DNA of 64,000 nt from Vitrella brassicaformis CCMP3155 (taxonomy: Eukaryota > Protista > Chromerida): the NCBI GenBank assembly GCA_001179505.1, contig CDMY01000301.1, positions 62,001 through 126,000 on the forward strand, in the 5' to 3' direction. The notes below the pieces were generated by a model. The model was not told the DNA's origin, made no database searches, and saw only the letters and a list, made by a program, of their open reading frames with translations. The position numbers and the translations under genes are program-made. How positions within the stretch are numbered: position 1 is the first letter of the stretch; each line of letters opens with the position of its first letter. This document shows positions 51,901 through 64,000 of this stretch, one piece after another.

Positions 51901-54900
51901 GGCTTTCAGCAACAGTGCATGCAGTGCAGTCGATCGAGCGAAGTAGCGGAACGCATACATGTGTAATTGGCAGCCAGGCAGCCAGTCGGACAGACAGACA
52001 GGCAACGTCATAAACGGCTGGGTCGACGAGTGGGGATCAGACCGTCCGAAAAAACGATATTCGTCAGAAGATCATCGAGGCATCCACTCGTTCGTTCGTC
52101 CATTCGGGAGCGGCAGGAAAAATGCAAAAAAGCATCGTCAAAAAGGAGTGGGTAGTTGCGGCTTGTATGTCTGTGTGTGTGTGCATTCGTGTCTGTGTCT
52201 ATCTGCTGTCGCGTGTGTGAGTGTGCGCGCTTGAGGGCAGCTGCGAGAAGGCAAGGGTCAGCCCAGCTCAGCTTGACTTGACAAACAAGGACGACAGGCA
52301 GACTAGACCAGAGCAGGCCTGGCCTCAAGGCCAGACACGGGAAGTATTCACACACAGGAGGGAAAGGGAGAGGCAGAGAGAGAGGGAGAGGGAGATACGA
52401 TCAGAGAAGAAGCCAGACTGAGGGAAAAATGGTGAGATCATCCGTCGGCTGCGTGTGTTGAGTCCTACAGCCGTTTCCAGCGTGTGTAAGGAAGAGAGTG
52501 AGAGCGAGGGAGAGAGAGGCAGAGAGTCAGTTGGCCCCCCTAGAGCACCCTAGAGATACTATACAACAGCGAGAAATGGCCAAGCGAGATTCGATAATGG
52601 ACAGATGAGGCAGAGGGGGGTAAAGAGGGGGCAGCGTTCCAGCCAGCGATGGATAGAAAGAACAATACGTCCGTGCGATCGACATCCGTACACACATCCG
52701 TTGTGTTAGTTGCTGCCTACCAGCCATCTATGCGACTACACATTACGTACACGACACACCAAGAGAGACGACAGAAAGACAGACCGACAGACCGAGGAGG
52801 AGAAAAAGTGTGCTTGATAGAAAAGAACCAAAGCGTCCCTGCGTGTATAGGCGAGACGAGCGGTTGGTTGAGAACCAGGCCGAGGGGCGAAAATCAAAAC
52901 AGACCCAAACACCCACCCACACGCGACGCAGGAAGCAGAGGAGCAAACCATTCCTCTGCCTGCACCAAGTACCAATCGCTCTTCCTTTTACATAACATAA
53001 CATAACAAAACAACGAAAGGAAGCCGACTCACTTCTTCTTGATTTTGACTAAGTGCGTGCTTACATATCCATCGCTCCCTCCACGGTACATAGTATATTA
53101 TGCATCAGCCGTCACCACTTGTTCCGTCCTCCGCTCCTCCGCTCTTACCCACGGACGTGACGTACAAAGGTGACTAAACCCCCCACATGCCTGGCTTGAT
53201 GGATGGATGACATGCATAACAATACATCCATCCGTCCGTCCGTCCTCCCTCCAGTAAGTAAAATCCTTGAAAAGAAAGACGAAGCCTCATATGTGCGCGC
53301 GTGCGTGGCAACCGACGTAATACGTACAGTGAGTGAGCGAGCGAGCGACAATCCCTCCCGTCCATGAATGACCAAGTGACCGACCAACGACTGGCGGACT
53401 GACTATAGACGAGTTAGGTAGACACCCCGACCCCACACCCCTAGAGTGAGTGGATTGATGTACATCCATACAATCAAGCAGGGCATGACCCACAGGCGCT
53501 CACCTCACGTATGCACAAGAGGCAACCATCCACCCACCCACCCGCCCGCCCGCCCAACCATTCAGCCAGGAAGCCAGAGCCCGTCCGTCCCCTTATCGCT
53601 ACATACATCCCTGCAGTGCTTTGTGGTTGAAAAAAAAGGACCCAGCCGGGCTGGGCTGCCCTCGGTCTGTCTTTGTCTCTCTCTGTTTCTGTCCGTGGTG
53701 TGCGACGGCATGTAGGGTAGGTACAGACATACAGGGAGGCAGGCAGGCAGACAGCAGGCCATTCACACACGCATCCAGCAGGCATCCGTAGCACCTAGTA
53801 CTATACCCATGTAGCACCATCCAGCCATCCATCCATCAGCCAGTCAGCTACACAGACACACGCCCATCCATCCAATCATGCATTGACCCAATTCGCAATA
53901 AGCAGCAGGAGCAGCAATGAGTCGGTTCATGCAGCTCAGCACAGCAGGCGAGAGGCAAAACCTGACCCGCACCGTCCATCCATCTAGGAAGGCGTTATGT
54001 GCGGCGTCAGCTATCGAATTGCATTACATATGCGGCCTCTCCTCTTCGCGACGCCTGCCTGCACGCCAGCCAGACCGACAGCCATACGGATCACACCCCA
54101 TCACGTCTTCCACACACAGGTCCCTTCCCTCTTGATTCCACTGACTCGTTGCTTGATTCCAAAAGCGACAAAAGAACCGCTCAGCCCCCCTACTACACAC
54201 CGGCCCACCTCACATCCATCCATGCACACTGCACACACAGCAGACAGGCAGACGATTAAATATGACATCACACAGTGACATACACACCATTCACACCATG
54301 CACACCATGCCACATCATGCAAGCATCAGCACGTCAATCCTCCAGAGGGCTCGTGTTCCTTTTCATTCTCTGCCTCGATCCAATGAAGGCGGGGCCAGCA
54401 AAACGGCACACATTACGCCTTCCGGGCAGCTAGTCAGTCAGCTAGCCACACGAAAACACAACAAGTGCACTACCGAGCAGCATCACCTGAGGCAGACAGC
54501 ACCGAAAAGAAGAAAACGGTGAGAGCCCTCTCGGGATCGGAGGATTGAGTGCGATCAGAAGATGTCACATCACAACAGCTAACACGACGGACAGGCCACA
54601 CACGGAGACACGAGAGAGAGATGGGCAACCGTTGATAGGTATGCACAGCAATCATGTAGTTGGGTGGCATGTACTCACGCACGCCAAGACAGAGAGAGAG
54701 AAAGAGAAGCGGAGGGACAAAAACAAAGCGAAAAATCAACATGAAGAAAGAAAGAAATAAGAAAAGAAAACGTGAGAACTGTGTGATAGTATAACTTTTC
54801 TGCAGGGCGTTGAACCGATCGCTGTCTCCCTCGGTGCCTTGCAGTCGTCACGGTGCATGCATCATTCGCAGTTAGCCATCTATCGGCTATTCATTTGAGC

Positions 54901-56703
54901 TATGTCCGTGCGGGCTCGCCTGGTGCTTGTGTCGAGCGCACGTATATAGCTATGCGATCAAAACCGGCGGGCACCCATCAACCTAGCGTTCTGCTTCGAT
55001 ACGATGGAGCCCAGCCAGGCTATCTACCTATCTATCGGCTCATGTGAATTGACGAGAGAAAAAGAGGGAGGGGAAGCGGGAGGGGAGGGGGGTGTCTGTG
55101 TGTGAAAATCCCAGCGAAAGAAAGCGGGAAGAAGGAGAAGACGAACGACGAAAGGACAAAGAAGCACGAAAGCCACCCTTGTACCGAAGGGTAGGGTCTG
55201 TCTGTCTGTCTGCCTGCTGTGTCAGGTTGCCTCTCTGTTGTCTCTCTCGTGTCACCATACATTACATACCACACACAACACGCAATACGCTCGGGCAGTC
55301 GGGAAATCGGCAGGCAGGCAGGCAAGTTGGTGGGTCGTCACTGTCGTGAGTGACCCACGAAAACAACAACAAGAGCAACATGACAACACTAGGAGGGTGG
55401 CTCGCTGACTCACAGACAGGCCTTTCCTTCGTTCCTTCCGTTGCTGGCTGTCAGGTCATCCATCCATCCATCAGGTCTCTGCTGTCCATCTGTCTCTGTC
55501 TGTCTGTCTGTGTGTCAAGTAGGCCGCCGGCACACCAGGCCACACTACGCCATGCAATGCAGTGCAATGAAACTCACCCACGAATTCAGCCAATCACACA
55601 TTGAGCATCCAACCTAGCCCACCCAGAATGAGTCCCATCCGTCCGTCCATCCATCCATCCATCCGTCAGCCAGACAGCCAGCCATCCAGCCATCCAGCAA
55701 TCCAAGAGTGAAAGTACGTATGAACGTCAAATTAGTGCCCCCCGTCGCCGGCGTGAAACGCCGACGCGAGGGCAGTCACGTCTGTCTGTCCTCTCGTCTG
55801 TCCGACGTGTCTCTCTCACTTCTTCTTCTTCTTCTTCTCTTCGTTTGTCCTTTCTCCTTTGTGTCTCCATCACAAAGCGACTACGTTCGTCCATCCATCC
55901 ATCCAGCCATTAATTGCGCACAGACAAGACCGACAGACAGATGTGGATAGACAGCACCACACACGCATACAGAAGGCATACACACACAGTAGATAAGGAA
56001 GGAGCACCTACATACACACGCACATATATAGGTAGGTAGACATCTTACGTAACGACCCGAACACTGGCAGGCAGATAGACAGACAGACAGAAAGCGGGCC
56101 CCAGCACAGACGGACAAACATACAGTGGTAGACAGCAAGCGGGGAAGACCGCACGCAACTCCGCCCCTATTGCAGACAGACCCGAATACCGACCAACCAA
56201 CCAACCAGCCACACCACACCATCCATCCATCCATCCATCCACACAGCACACAGTAGTAGTCATGGACCAATATGCATAGCCAGAGCCACCCAGCCATCCA
56301 CCCACCCATTCACCCTCACATCAAGCCAGCCAAGTAAGGCATCACCCCAGAAAGTGACGAGCCGGGATCGCATCGATCCACTCACCCATCCGTGCATGCG
56401 TCCCGATTGACAACAAGCCACTTCGTTGCCAGACGTACATACAATGTGAACGCTTTTCAGTTGCTTCGGTGGTTGGTTGGTTGACACGTATGTATGAGCC
56501 CTCTCCCCCCATCCCATGCACCCCCTCCCATCCCAACGGTCAGTCAGCCAGTAACCCAATCGTGATGCATGGGCGCCCTCCCTGCACACACATCAAGACG
56601 CATACACCACCAAGACACATACACAAGTCTGTCTGGAGGTGAGTGGAGGGCTCATCGCGTCGCTGGCTCACCACTGTGTCGGTTCGCTGAGTCAGTCGAT
56701 CAG

Positions 56704-59700
56704 TCAGTCTCGTCTGTTGTCGGGCCTGCCCCCTCCCGTGTGCGAGTGCTCCCGGTGGTGTCCGTGCACTGGGATGAATCGCCTCTTTCCCGTGCTGTCC
56801 CGGTCACCGTTGCTGCCCCACGGCGAGCCGTACTCCATCAGATGGTGGGCTGGGTGGTGGTGATGCTGGTGGTGCCCGTAGCCCTTGCCATAGTCGTCTC
56901 GCTGCACGAACCGGCGCGTGGGCGCCTCGGCGAGAGCAGCCGACCGGTGTGTGTGTGTGGCCGTGGATGGAGTGTCGCGCTCGCGAGTGGGTGGGCGGTC
57001 GCGTGTGGGTGCGGGGAATGGCTGTGCCACACCGTTGCGGAACAGGATGGGCTTGTGGTCGGGATTGGGCACGGACATCAGCTGAACAAACGAACCACAC
57101 GGCAGCACGAGGGAGGGACAAGTGATAGGCGTGGTGCGTATTATGCCATGCAGGTCTTACGGCAGAGTTTCTGAAGTGGTCGATGTTTGCGTCGAGGCCC
57201 TGGATGTGCGCCCAGCACACCTCCGATACCTGAGGACACACAATCCACCCGTCCGTCATTCATCATTCGTGTGCGTGGCGCATTCGTGTATGCGTGTGTG
57301 TACCTTGTTGCTTTTGAAGTGGCTGAGTTTGTGTCCGTTGAACTGCTTGGTGAACGAATCCGCAAACGACGGATGCAGGAAATTCAGAAACGCGTAGCCG
57401 ATGTTGCCTGAAGCAGGTAAGGAAGAGCACACAGCAAGTGAACGTCTGTCCACCACCAGCCGCGCATGTCGCTGGCTCTGGTGTACGTTTGTTTCTGAAG
57501 TCGATGGGCAGGTAGAAGAAGTCATACAGACCCTGACGCACACACAAGAGGACAACAGACAATTGCTGCCAGCTGTATTGATTGACGTGGCAGCTGTGTT
57601 GCTCACCTTGTATTGGGGGTCGACGATGGACTTGAGCAGGCTGACGGTGTACTTGCAGGGGATGTTGCGCCACATCACTGTAGTCTTGCCCTCTGTCGTG
57701 TCCACCAAACCATCTGATATCCCATACAAACGGAACACAACACCTATGATGCATGTGTGCCTCATTTTCTCATTCTCCCCTGGCATACCCATGTTGGGCA
57801 TCGGGACGTAGTCGGGATGGCTGGGCGACACCTCACCAACGTACGTCTCCACCGCATGGCCCCACCCCTCCTTCCTCGGCAGCACGGGCCGCTCCTGAGG
57901 CGTCGGCGGCCGACGTCCACCTCGCCCGTCACCGCGCAGGGGCGTCAGCGGCGTGCGGGGCGTGGCGCCCTCCCGCTTGTGTGGCGGCACATACTTGCCC
58001 GGTGTGCTGCCGGGCGTCAGAGGGGTCAGCGGGCCGCCCGAGTCATCGGCCGACCGCGGCAGACGCGAGCCGTCGCTGACCGTCCGTGGTGGCATGTCCA
58101 CACGCACCGTCAGGACGTTGCGCTCCCGCCATGCCGCGTGCTGCGGCTGGCGGGGCAGCTGCTCGACGCTGGTGCGGCGGTCGGGTATGCCGATCTGCAG
58201 CGGGTCGATGGGCGTGTTGGGCGATTCGTCTGAGCTGCTCGAGCCGTTGGAGCGGCACGTGTTGACGGCAATTCGTGGGTTGCGTGAGTACGGTGGTGAG
58301 GATGCGGGGTTGCTGGGCGAGAATGACGAGTGCGTGGTGCTGGTCTGGTCGCGGAGTGACGCCAGAGGGTCGGGGAGGAACTGGAACGTGTCCGGCGACA
58401 GGCTCGCCACATCGTCAGCCGCCCAGTCGGGTAAAGGCTGCACACACACACACACACACACAGACAGACAGAGAGAGAGAGAGAGAGAGAATAACAAGTG
58501 GTTGTCTGCATTGGACTTGTGTGTGTGCTTCTCGCCTCGTCTCACCGAGTCGTCAGAGCTTCGCTTTGCCCCCAGCCGATACCCATTGTTGTTGTGGTTC
58601 TTGTTGGTGGTGTTGTGCCCGTTCCGCCCTGCCTCATTGTTGTCCCCCCACCCTCGCTCAACCCTGCCGTAGTGGCCCCCGCCCCACACACCGCCGCCCA
58701 GGCTCGGTGGCATGGGGGAGGGCGGGGCGATGGGCAGCGGCGACTGCATGCCAGGAGGCATCTGAATGGCGTCGCCGTGGTGCAGGAACGGCGTGCGGTT
58801 GGGCTCGCTCTGGGTGGCCAGCACGCCGTGTGAGAGTGTCCGTGGCCGCTCCTCGTCTTCAAAACCGGGAGGAGCGCCAACCGCAGACATGCCGACGCCC
58901 ATGGACGGCTGCACGTTGGTCGTGTCGAACGGCGAGGGCGTGCCCGGCGGTGACGGCGTGGCGGCGAGGCCGTGCGGCGGGTCGAGCAGACCCCACGAGA
59001 AGACCGACTGCGGTGTCAGGTAGCGGCTGTCACTCAGGCCGGTCTGGTCGGCCAAGAACGCCGACTCGCGCGGCGCCGCCCCCTCGCTCACATCTGCTGA
59101 TCGGTTGCGCTTCATGTCTGAAGGTCGCAACTCAGGTGTGGGGGGCGGCGGGCGGATGGGGCCGGGACGGATGGAGGATGATGAGGCCGTCGACGAGGGG
59201 GTGAAGCCCAGGCCGATGTTGAGTCCCAGCGACATCGGGCTGGCGTTCGGCAGCTCCCGCACATCCTTGCCCTCGCCCAGCACGAGCACGTCCGGGTGCG
59301 TAGACGGCGACATGTGCTTGGCGATGCTGATGACGCTCTCACTGCAGGCATCTGGGCTAGACCTCGATCGCGTGACGAACGTGGCCTCGTCGATGTCCCA
59401 GCCGAGTGTGGCGGGTGGTGAGGGTGAGGGGGGCATGTTGTGCGGGAAGAAGCTGGAGGGCGACGCGTTGGATGCGGCGGGCGTGTCGTCCAAAAATTTG
59501 AGGTCGATCTCGGACTTTGAAGTCGGTGGCGGTGGCGGGATCACCTCGGGAAGGACGAGACTGCACAAGGGCAAGAAACGAAGGAGAGGTGAACACACGA
59601 GGCCCTCATGTGCGTCCGTCTGTCTGCGCCTACCGGTCATGTGCACTGGCTGCTGTGGTCGCCTTCACGTCGGCTGTTGTTATCTGGTGGCTGTTGCTGT

Positions 59701-59707
59701 CACTCAT
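56704..59707 (-). CDS. mei2: Mei2-like RNA-binding protein (C-terminal RRM3 / RRM_2 domain)
   Basis: KTTVMWRNIPCKYT...|GLYDFFYLPIDFRNK|RNIGYAFLNF...FNGHKLSHFKSNK|VSEVCWAHIQGLDANIDHFRNSAV...KPILF is the diagnostic Mei2 RRM3. It follows about 650 aa of low-complexity sequence; the start MSDSNSHQ at 59707 splices in phase. Confidence 0.9.
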
Positions 59708-61095
59708 GGTCGTCTGTCGCTGGAAAGCGGGGCGCTTGTGGCATTCACAAGGGCACGGAAGCACGGAGAAGAAGGGCACACTAGCCGATTCACGATGAGG
59801 AAGATGAAAATCGGACACTCGCAGGGACGTTTCTGCGTCAGGCCGACCGAAGAACCTGACGACACACATCCACACAGGGAGACGGGCGGAGAAACGAGCG
59901 AGACGGACATGCATGGTCACCATAGGCTCACGCCTCTCTCCCTCCCCACCTGCTCACCTCAGTCACTGTAAGGGCGCGAGTGCCACGTAAAGCACAAGAG
60001 GGGATGAAGGCCAGGGAAAACAGGTCTCGCAGATGGAAGGAAGGGCTGGCTCTGTCAGTTGTCCCGAGTGACCGACAGACTCAGCACGCGAAGCAAAACG
60101 CCAACAGGCCTGCCGGATGAGAGGGAACGAGCTGGCTGAAAACTTTCATCCGCTGGGATGCGCACAGTCAGAAGGGTGACGGGATGGGGGAGACGGCAGC
60201 TCGATTGCTCGACAGAGGCGGATGGCAAGCAGGCAGACTGGCGATGACGCGAATCAGTGGATCACGAGACAGACCGGGGAGGGAGGAGAGTGCGTGGCCT
60301 GGGACGGGGACTGCAAGCAACCACGACCGACAGGCGAGGCTGTCTTGTCTGGTGGGTTGAGGTTACGCCTCCCTTGCGTTGCGTTCTAGAAGTGTAGAGG
60401 TCGGGATAACAAATCCGCCCGTAAAACACTTACTACCCTAACGATTCCGTTACCGCTCGGAGAGGTGTGATTCATTGTTTCATTGAGCAGAAGGCCTCAC
60501 ACGTCCGACTCTATCTGATCCTCCCCGTTTGATTTACTTCGCTTGAGGGAGGCTGCTTGCAGCGCGCCCAGCCTCACGGGGCAGCAGAGAGATCACGAAG
60601 GACAGCACGACGTCGTGCTCCTGGAGGAGTTGACTGCCCAAAGGAATGACAAGATTCAAGTGAGAATACCGCTCCGTTGCTCGCTCTGCTTCAAAATAGC
60701 GGACAATCTCAGTTGATACACTCTTTCCCCCCTGTCTTGGTGCCGTACGAATGGACTGGTCCGTTTCTGAGTCGACTTGCAATGAGTGAGTGCACTTGAC
60801 AGACCCTCTGCTCACTGCCTAAGCTCTCGCCTCTCTTGCCCGTACGATTCCAACCCCAGCACACCACCACCAACCACGGTACACTCTCTACCTCTCTATG
60901 TACAAAACACACGTGGCGTTCACAGCTGGGCGCGCACACCGACAGAAAACTGCACAGGAGAAGTGTTGAGCTCCAAACTCTACTGTACACAGAAACTCAC
61001 GTGGAACAACATGCATCAGGCATCAGGAGTGGCGTAACCACAGGAAAACTGCCACGAGAAACGGGCCCCCGTCCCTCTACACACCCGTTCATACA

Positions 61096-63334
61096 CTAGA
61101 TGCCCATCCCCTCCACTAGTCCGCCGCTGACTGGCATCAGATGGGCAGAAAAATGCCTTAGAGCACTCGGCTGCTTCACGATCTTCATCCCTCTGATCTT
61201 GTGAGCCACCGTCTGTACGGCCGCCATCACCTCCGCCACATAGTCGACGTGGGACTGACACACACACACACACACACAAATCCCGCGGCCCTCGCCGACT
61301 TGTCTGGACGTGCACACATACCTGGGTGTACATCCGCCTGGGGAACGCTAGCCTCACAAGCTCCATGGGCGCCTGGCTCTCCACCGTGCCGTCTGGCTGC
61401 AGGCCGAACATGACTGAGCCGATCTCGACGCTGCGGATCCCTCCGATGAGGTAGAGGGCGCATGAGAGAGCCCATGCTGGATACTCGCTGGACGGGATGT
61501 GCGGCAGCCACGAGGCGGCATCGATGTAGATCGCATGACCACCTGCACACGCCACGCAAGAGAGGGGAATACATGGACGGCATCCGCGCGTGTGTGCTAC
61601 CTGTGGGCTCAACGATGGGGATGCCCAGCTTCCTGCATTTGCGCCCAAGGTACTCGATCGAGGCGATACGGTAGTTGAGGTAGTCGCTGTTTAAGGCCTC
61701 CTTCAGACCAATAGCGACGCACTCGAGATCGTAACCTGACACACATCAGGCAGCAGGGTGTTTCAGCGATTGCGTGATAGCATATTCGTTTCTGCTGACT
61801 GACCTGCGAGCCCCCCGTAGGTGACGAAACCTTCCGTGAGGATCAGCTGGTTCCGACACGATTCGGCCACATCGGAGAGGGAGGCACTCAGCGCGATGAA
61901 CCCACCGATGTTGCTCAGACCATCCTAGGGACGCACAACACACCGGCGGACAGAAGATGACTCCCCGGCTCTTGTGTCGATGTCAGCAAGTGGCGGAGGG
62001 CAAATGATGTCGATGTCGTGTGTGTACCTTTTTGGCACTCATGGTGCATCCGTCAACATGTGCGAACATCTCCTGGGCTATCGACGTGGGAGAGCGGTCC
62101 GCATACCTGTCAAATGGTTGGGGCGGGAGAAATGAGGATTTCGCGGGTAGTCGCAATCATGATCTCTCTTACCCTTTCTCTCTCTGTTTGATGAACCATG
62201 AGTTTTCCGCAAACCGACACGCATCGAGGATGAGGGGGACGCCGTGTTCGACACACACCTGACGCAAAGCACAACCAAGGGCACGATTGTTATTTCCATT
62301 TGTGCAGACGAGGGAGACAATCCCTCCGTATGTACCTGTTTGACTTGTTTGATGTTGGTCATGCTCACGGGCTGGCCACCCCCAGAATTGTTGGTGACGG
62401 TGAGCATGACGAACGGCACCCGCTCTTTGCTGTCGCTGAGCAGTTTGCGCAATTGCTCCAGGTCCATGTCGCCCTTGAATGGGTGGTGCACGCTGGGCAC
62501 TCGGGCCTCCGGGATGGGAATGTCAAGCGCCGTCGCCCCGCGGGCCTCGATGTTGGCCCTGCACACAAACATCGAGAGATACAGATACGGTAAGGGCGTC
62601 TGGTACAGAGAGATCTGCCTGATCGGTTGACCTAGTTGTGTCGAAGTGCGTGTTGTTCGGCACAATGTGCCCCGGCTTGACCATGGCATGGAACAGAATC
62701 CGCTCGGCAGATCGCCCTTGATGCGTTGGCAGCACATGTGACAGACCTGCACACCAGACACGACAGCACCGTTCGGCACCTGTCCAAATGCACTCGTGTC
62801 TGTCCGCGTCTGTCCACCTGTGATGTCTTTGACGGATTGCTCGAAATGAAACCATGACCTCGCCCCAGCATAGGATTCATCGCCCTTCATCATTGCGGCC
62901 CACTGCTGTGATGAGAGCGCCCCTGTCCCTGAGTCGGTGAGAAGATCGATGAGCACATCCTCGGCCCGCAGCAGGAACGGGTTGTAGTGCGCCTGACGGA
63001 GATACTCTGCCCGCTGGTGGAAGGTCGTCTGCACCACTGGCTCCACCACCTTGATGCTGAAGGGTTCGATGACGGTCTTGAAGTGAAAGGGAAACTCCTC
63101 ACGCTGCACGAAGATGCACGAGCGACGGATAGAAGGATGGACAGATTCATGTACCTGAGGCAGAGGACTTCCAAGATCCAGAGTCTGTGAGTCGACGCGC
63201 GGGAGAGAGGATGCGCTGATGGTCTGACCCAACACACATACGCATGGCGTGTACGCGAAGGACTCAGCGTCGCTTCCTCCTCTTACGCGATGTCCGAATG
63301 GGAACTCGCTCGACGCGTCGCCACAGGACTCCAT
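61096..63334 (-). CDS. tnaA: Tryptophanase (PLP-dependent tryptophan indole-lyase), about 10 introns
   Basis: EPFSIKVVEP, YNPFLLRAEDVLIDLLTDSGT, GDESYAG, THQGRSAE, NTHFDTTR, TNNSGGGQPVS, DACRFAEN, the PLP lysine in MSAKK|DG, GGHAIYIDA, GIRSVEIGS, ELVRLAFPRRMYTQ|SHVDY and LRHFSA. FDTT and EIGS favour tryptophanase over tyrosine phenol-lyase (FTTT, ERG). Confidence 0.9.
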
Positions 63335-63357
63335 TGGCCGATTGGGGAAGGCAGTTA

Positions 63358-63560
63358 AATGTCCTAAGTGAGAGAGCGGTTTCACGGAATGTCCTAAGCG
63401 GCCTGACGGCCAAGTCCCATGTCTTTCACGCACAATCAAACGACGACACGCAACAGGAATCACCCACGCACGCTCCACATGCACAGAGGAACCCAAGGAA
63501 TGTCCTAAGTGGCCTGTGAGCTTGAAGCGAGAGAGCGGTTTCACGAAATGTCCTAAGCGA
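63358..63560. repeat. Four copies of AATGTCCTAAG arranged as two similar modules upstream of tnaA
   Basis: The 11-mer lies at 63358, 63388, 63499 and 63547; each module also contains GAGAGAGCGGTTTCACG. Confidence 0.8.
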
Positions 63561-63623
63561 GAAGATGGAAGCAGACACGACAAGGCAGGACCTGGTGCGA
63601 AAGCTGCGAGCTTCCCCGAAAAG

Positions 63624-64000
63624 CCAGCTTCCTCACTGCAGATCACAGCTTGTCGGCTGCAAATGACTCATGCATCATCACTGCGTGTTGCTTGATCATC
63701 CCCGGCCCTCGCCCACCCAAGAAGCTGACGTTTGCCGACAAGAAGCTGGACATATGTACACAGAAGCCAGCTTCCTTGACAGATCCACCAGCTTCCTCAC
63801 TGCAGATCACAGCTTTCTGGCTGCAATTGACTCACTCATCATCACTGCGTGTTGCTTGATCATCCCCGGCCCTCGCCCACCCAAGAAGCTGACGTTTGCC
63901 GACAAGAAGCTGGACATATGTACACAGAAGCCAGCTTCCTTGACAGATCCACCAGCTTCCTCACTGCAGATCACAGCTTTTCGGCTGCAAATGACTCACT
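63624..64000. repeat. 164-bp tandem repeat, at least 2.3 copies, runs off the window end
   Basis: The unit start ccagcttcctcactgcagatcacagc occurs at 63624, 63788 and 63952; copies are near-identical. Confidence 0.92.

Noticed and set aside
49200-56600. Many 60-160 aa ORFs in microsatellite-rich DNA (also 33300-35290 and 40300-42400)
   Set aside because: Translations are dominated by HTHT/CVCV/DRQT/SIHP repeats from simple sequence; no consistent splice structure or codon bias.
60534-60815. 93-aa ORF between tnaA and mei2
   Set aside because: Composition is coding-like, but there is no motif, no clear splice partner and the start is non-ATG; may be tnaA 3' UTR.
61096-63334. Bacterial contamination, or a tyrosine phenol-lyase call
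   Set aside because: GT-AG introns with host microsatellites interrupt the gene; FDTT and EIGS match tryptophanase rather than TPL.
35705-63334. A metabolic gene cluster (monooxygenase plus tryptophanase)
   Set aside because: They are about 22 kb apart with unrelated genes between; kept only as a weak hypothesis.
63624-64000. CRISPR-like interpretation of the right-end repeats
   Set aside because: Units are contiguous 164-bp copies with no unique spacers and no cas genes, in a eukaryotic context.
1-64000. tRNA, rRNA, snRNA genes or intact transposons
   Set aside because: No T-loop/cloverleaf, rRNA signature, transposase/RT motif or terminal repeats were seen by eye; a covariance-model scan would be needed to exclude small RNAs.

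Overview
Eukaryotic, GC-rich, intron-dense genomic DNA: GT-AG introns and intergenic DNA are full of (CA)n, (GACA)n, (CCAT)n and (GGCA)n microsatellites, and there are two 300-N gaps. A bipartite (signal peptide + Phe) plastid-targeted EF-P, an apicomplexan-type HAD protein and the intron style suggest a chromerid alga such as Vitrella brassicaformis (inference, not verified). The raw ORF track is mostly fragments or noise, so gene models were spliced by eye and some ends are approximate. Recognisable genes, left to right: 3' part of NAD(P) transhydrogenase; a frameshifted, partly duplicated kinase-like gene; a HAD (DWDDT) phosphatase-like protein; a kinase-domain-only Fused/STK36 kinase; a cytosolic GT60 (Gnt1-like, Skp1 GlcNAc-transferase) gene head-to-head with an F-box gene; a metaxin-like protein; an atypical or pseudokinase; an FAD-dependent monooxygenase; plastid EF-P with an Arg tip (KMGRG); a 3xCCCH zinc-finger protein; a Mei2-like RRM protein; an intron-containing tryptophanase; and a 164-bp tandem repeat at the right edge. 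Best leads: the Gnt1/F-box divergent pair, the non-canonical plastid EF-P and the intronised bacterial-type tryptophanase. No rRNA, tRNA, CRISPR array or intact mobile element was seen.
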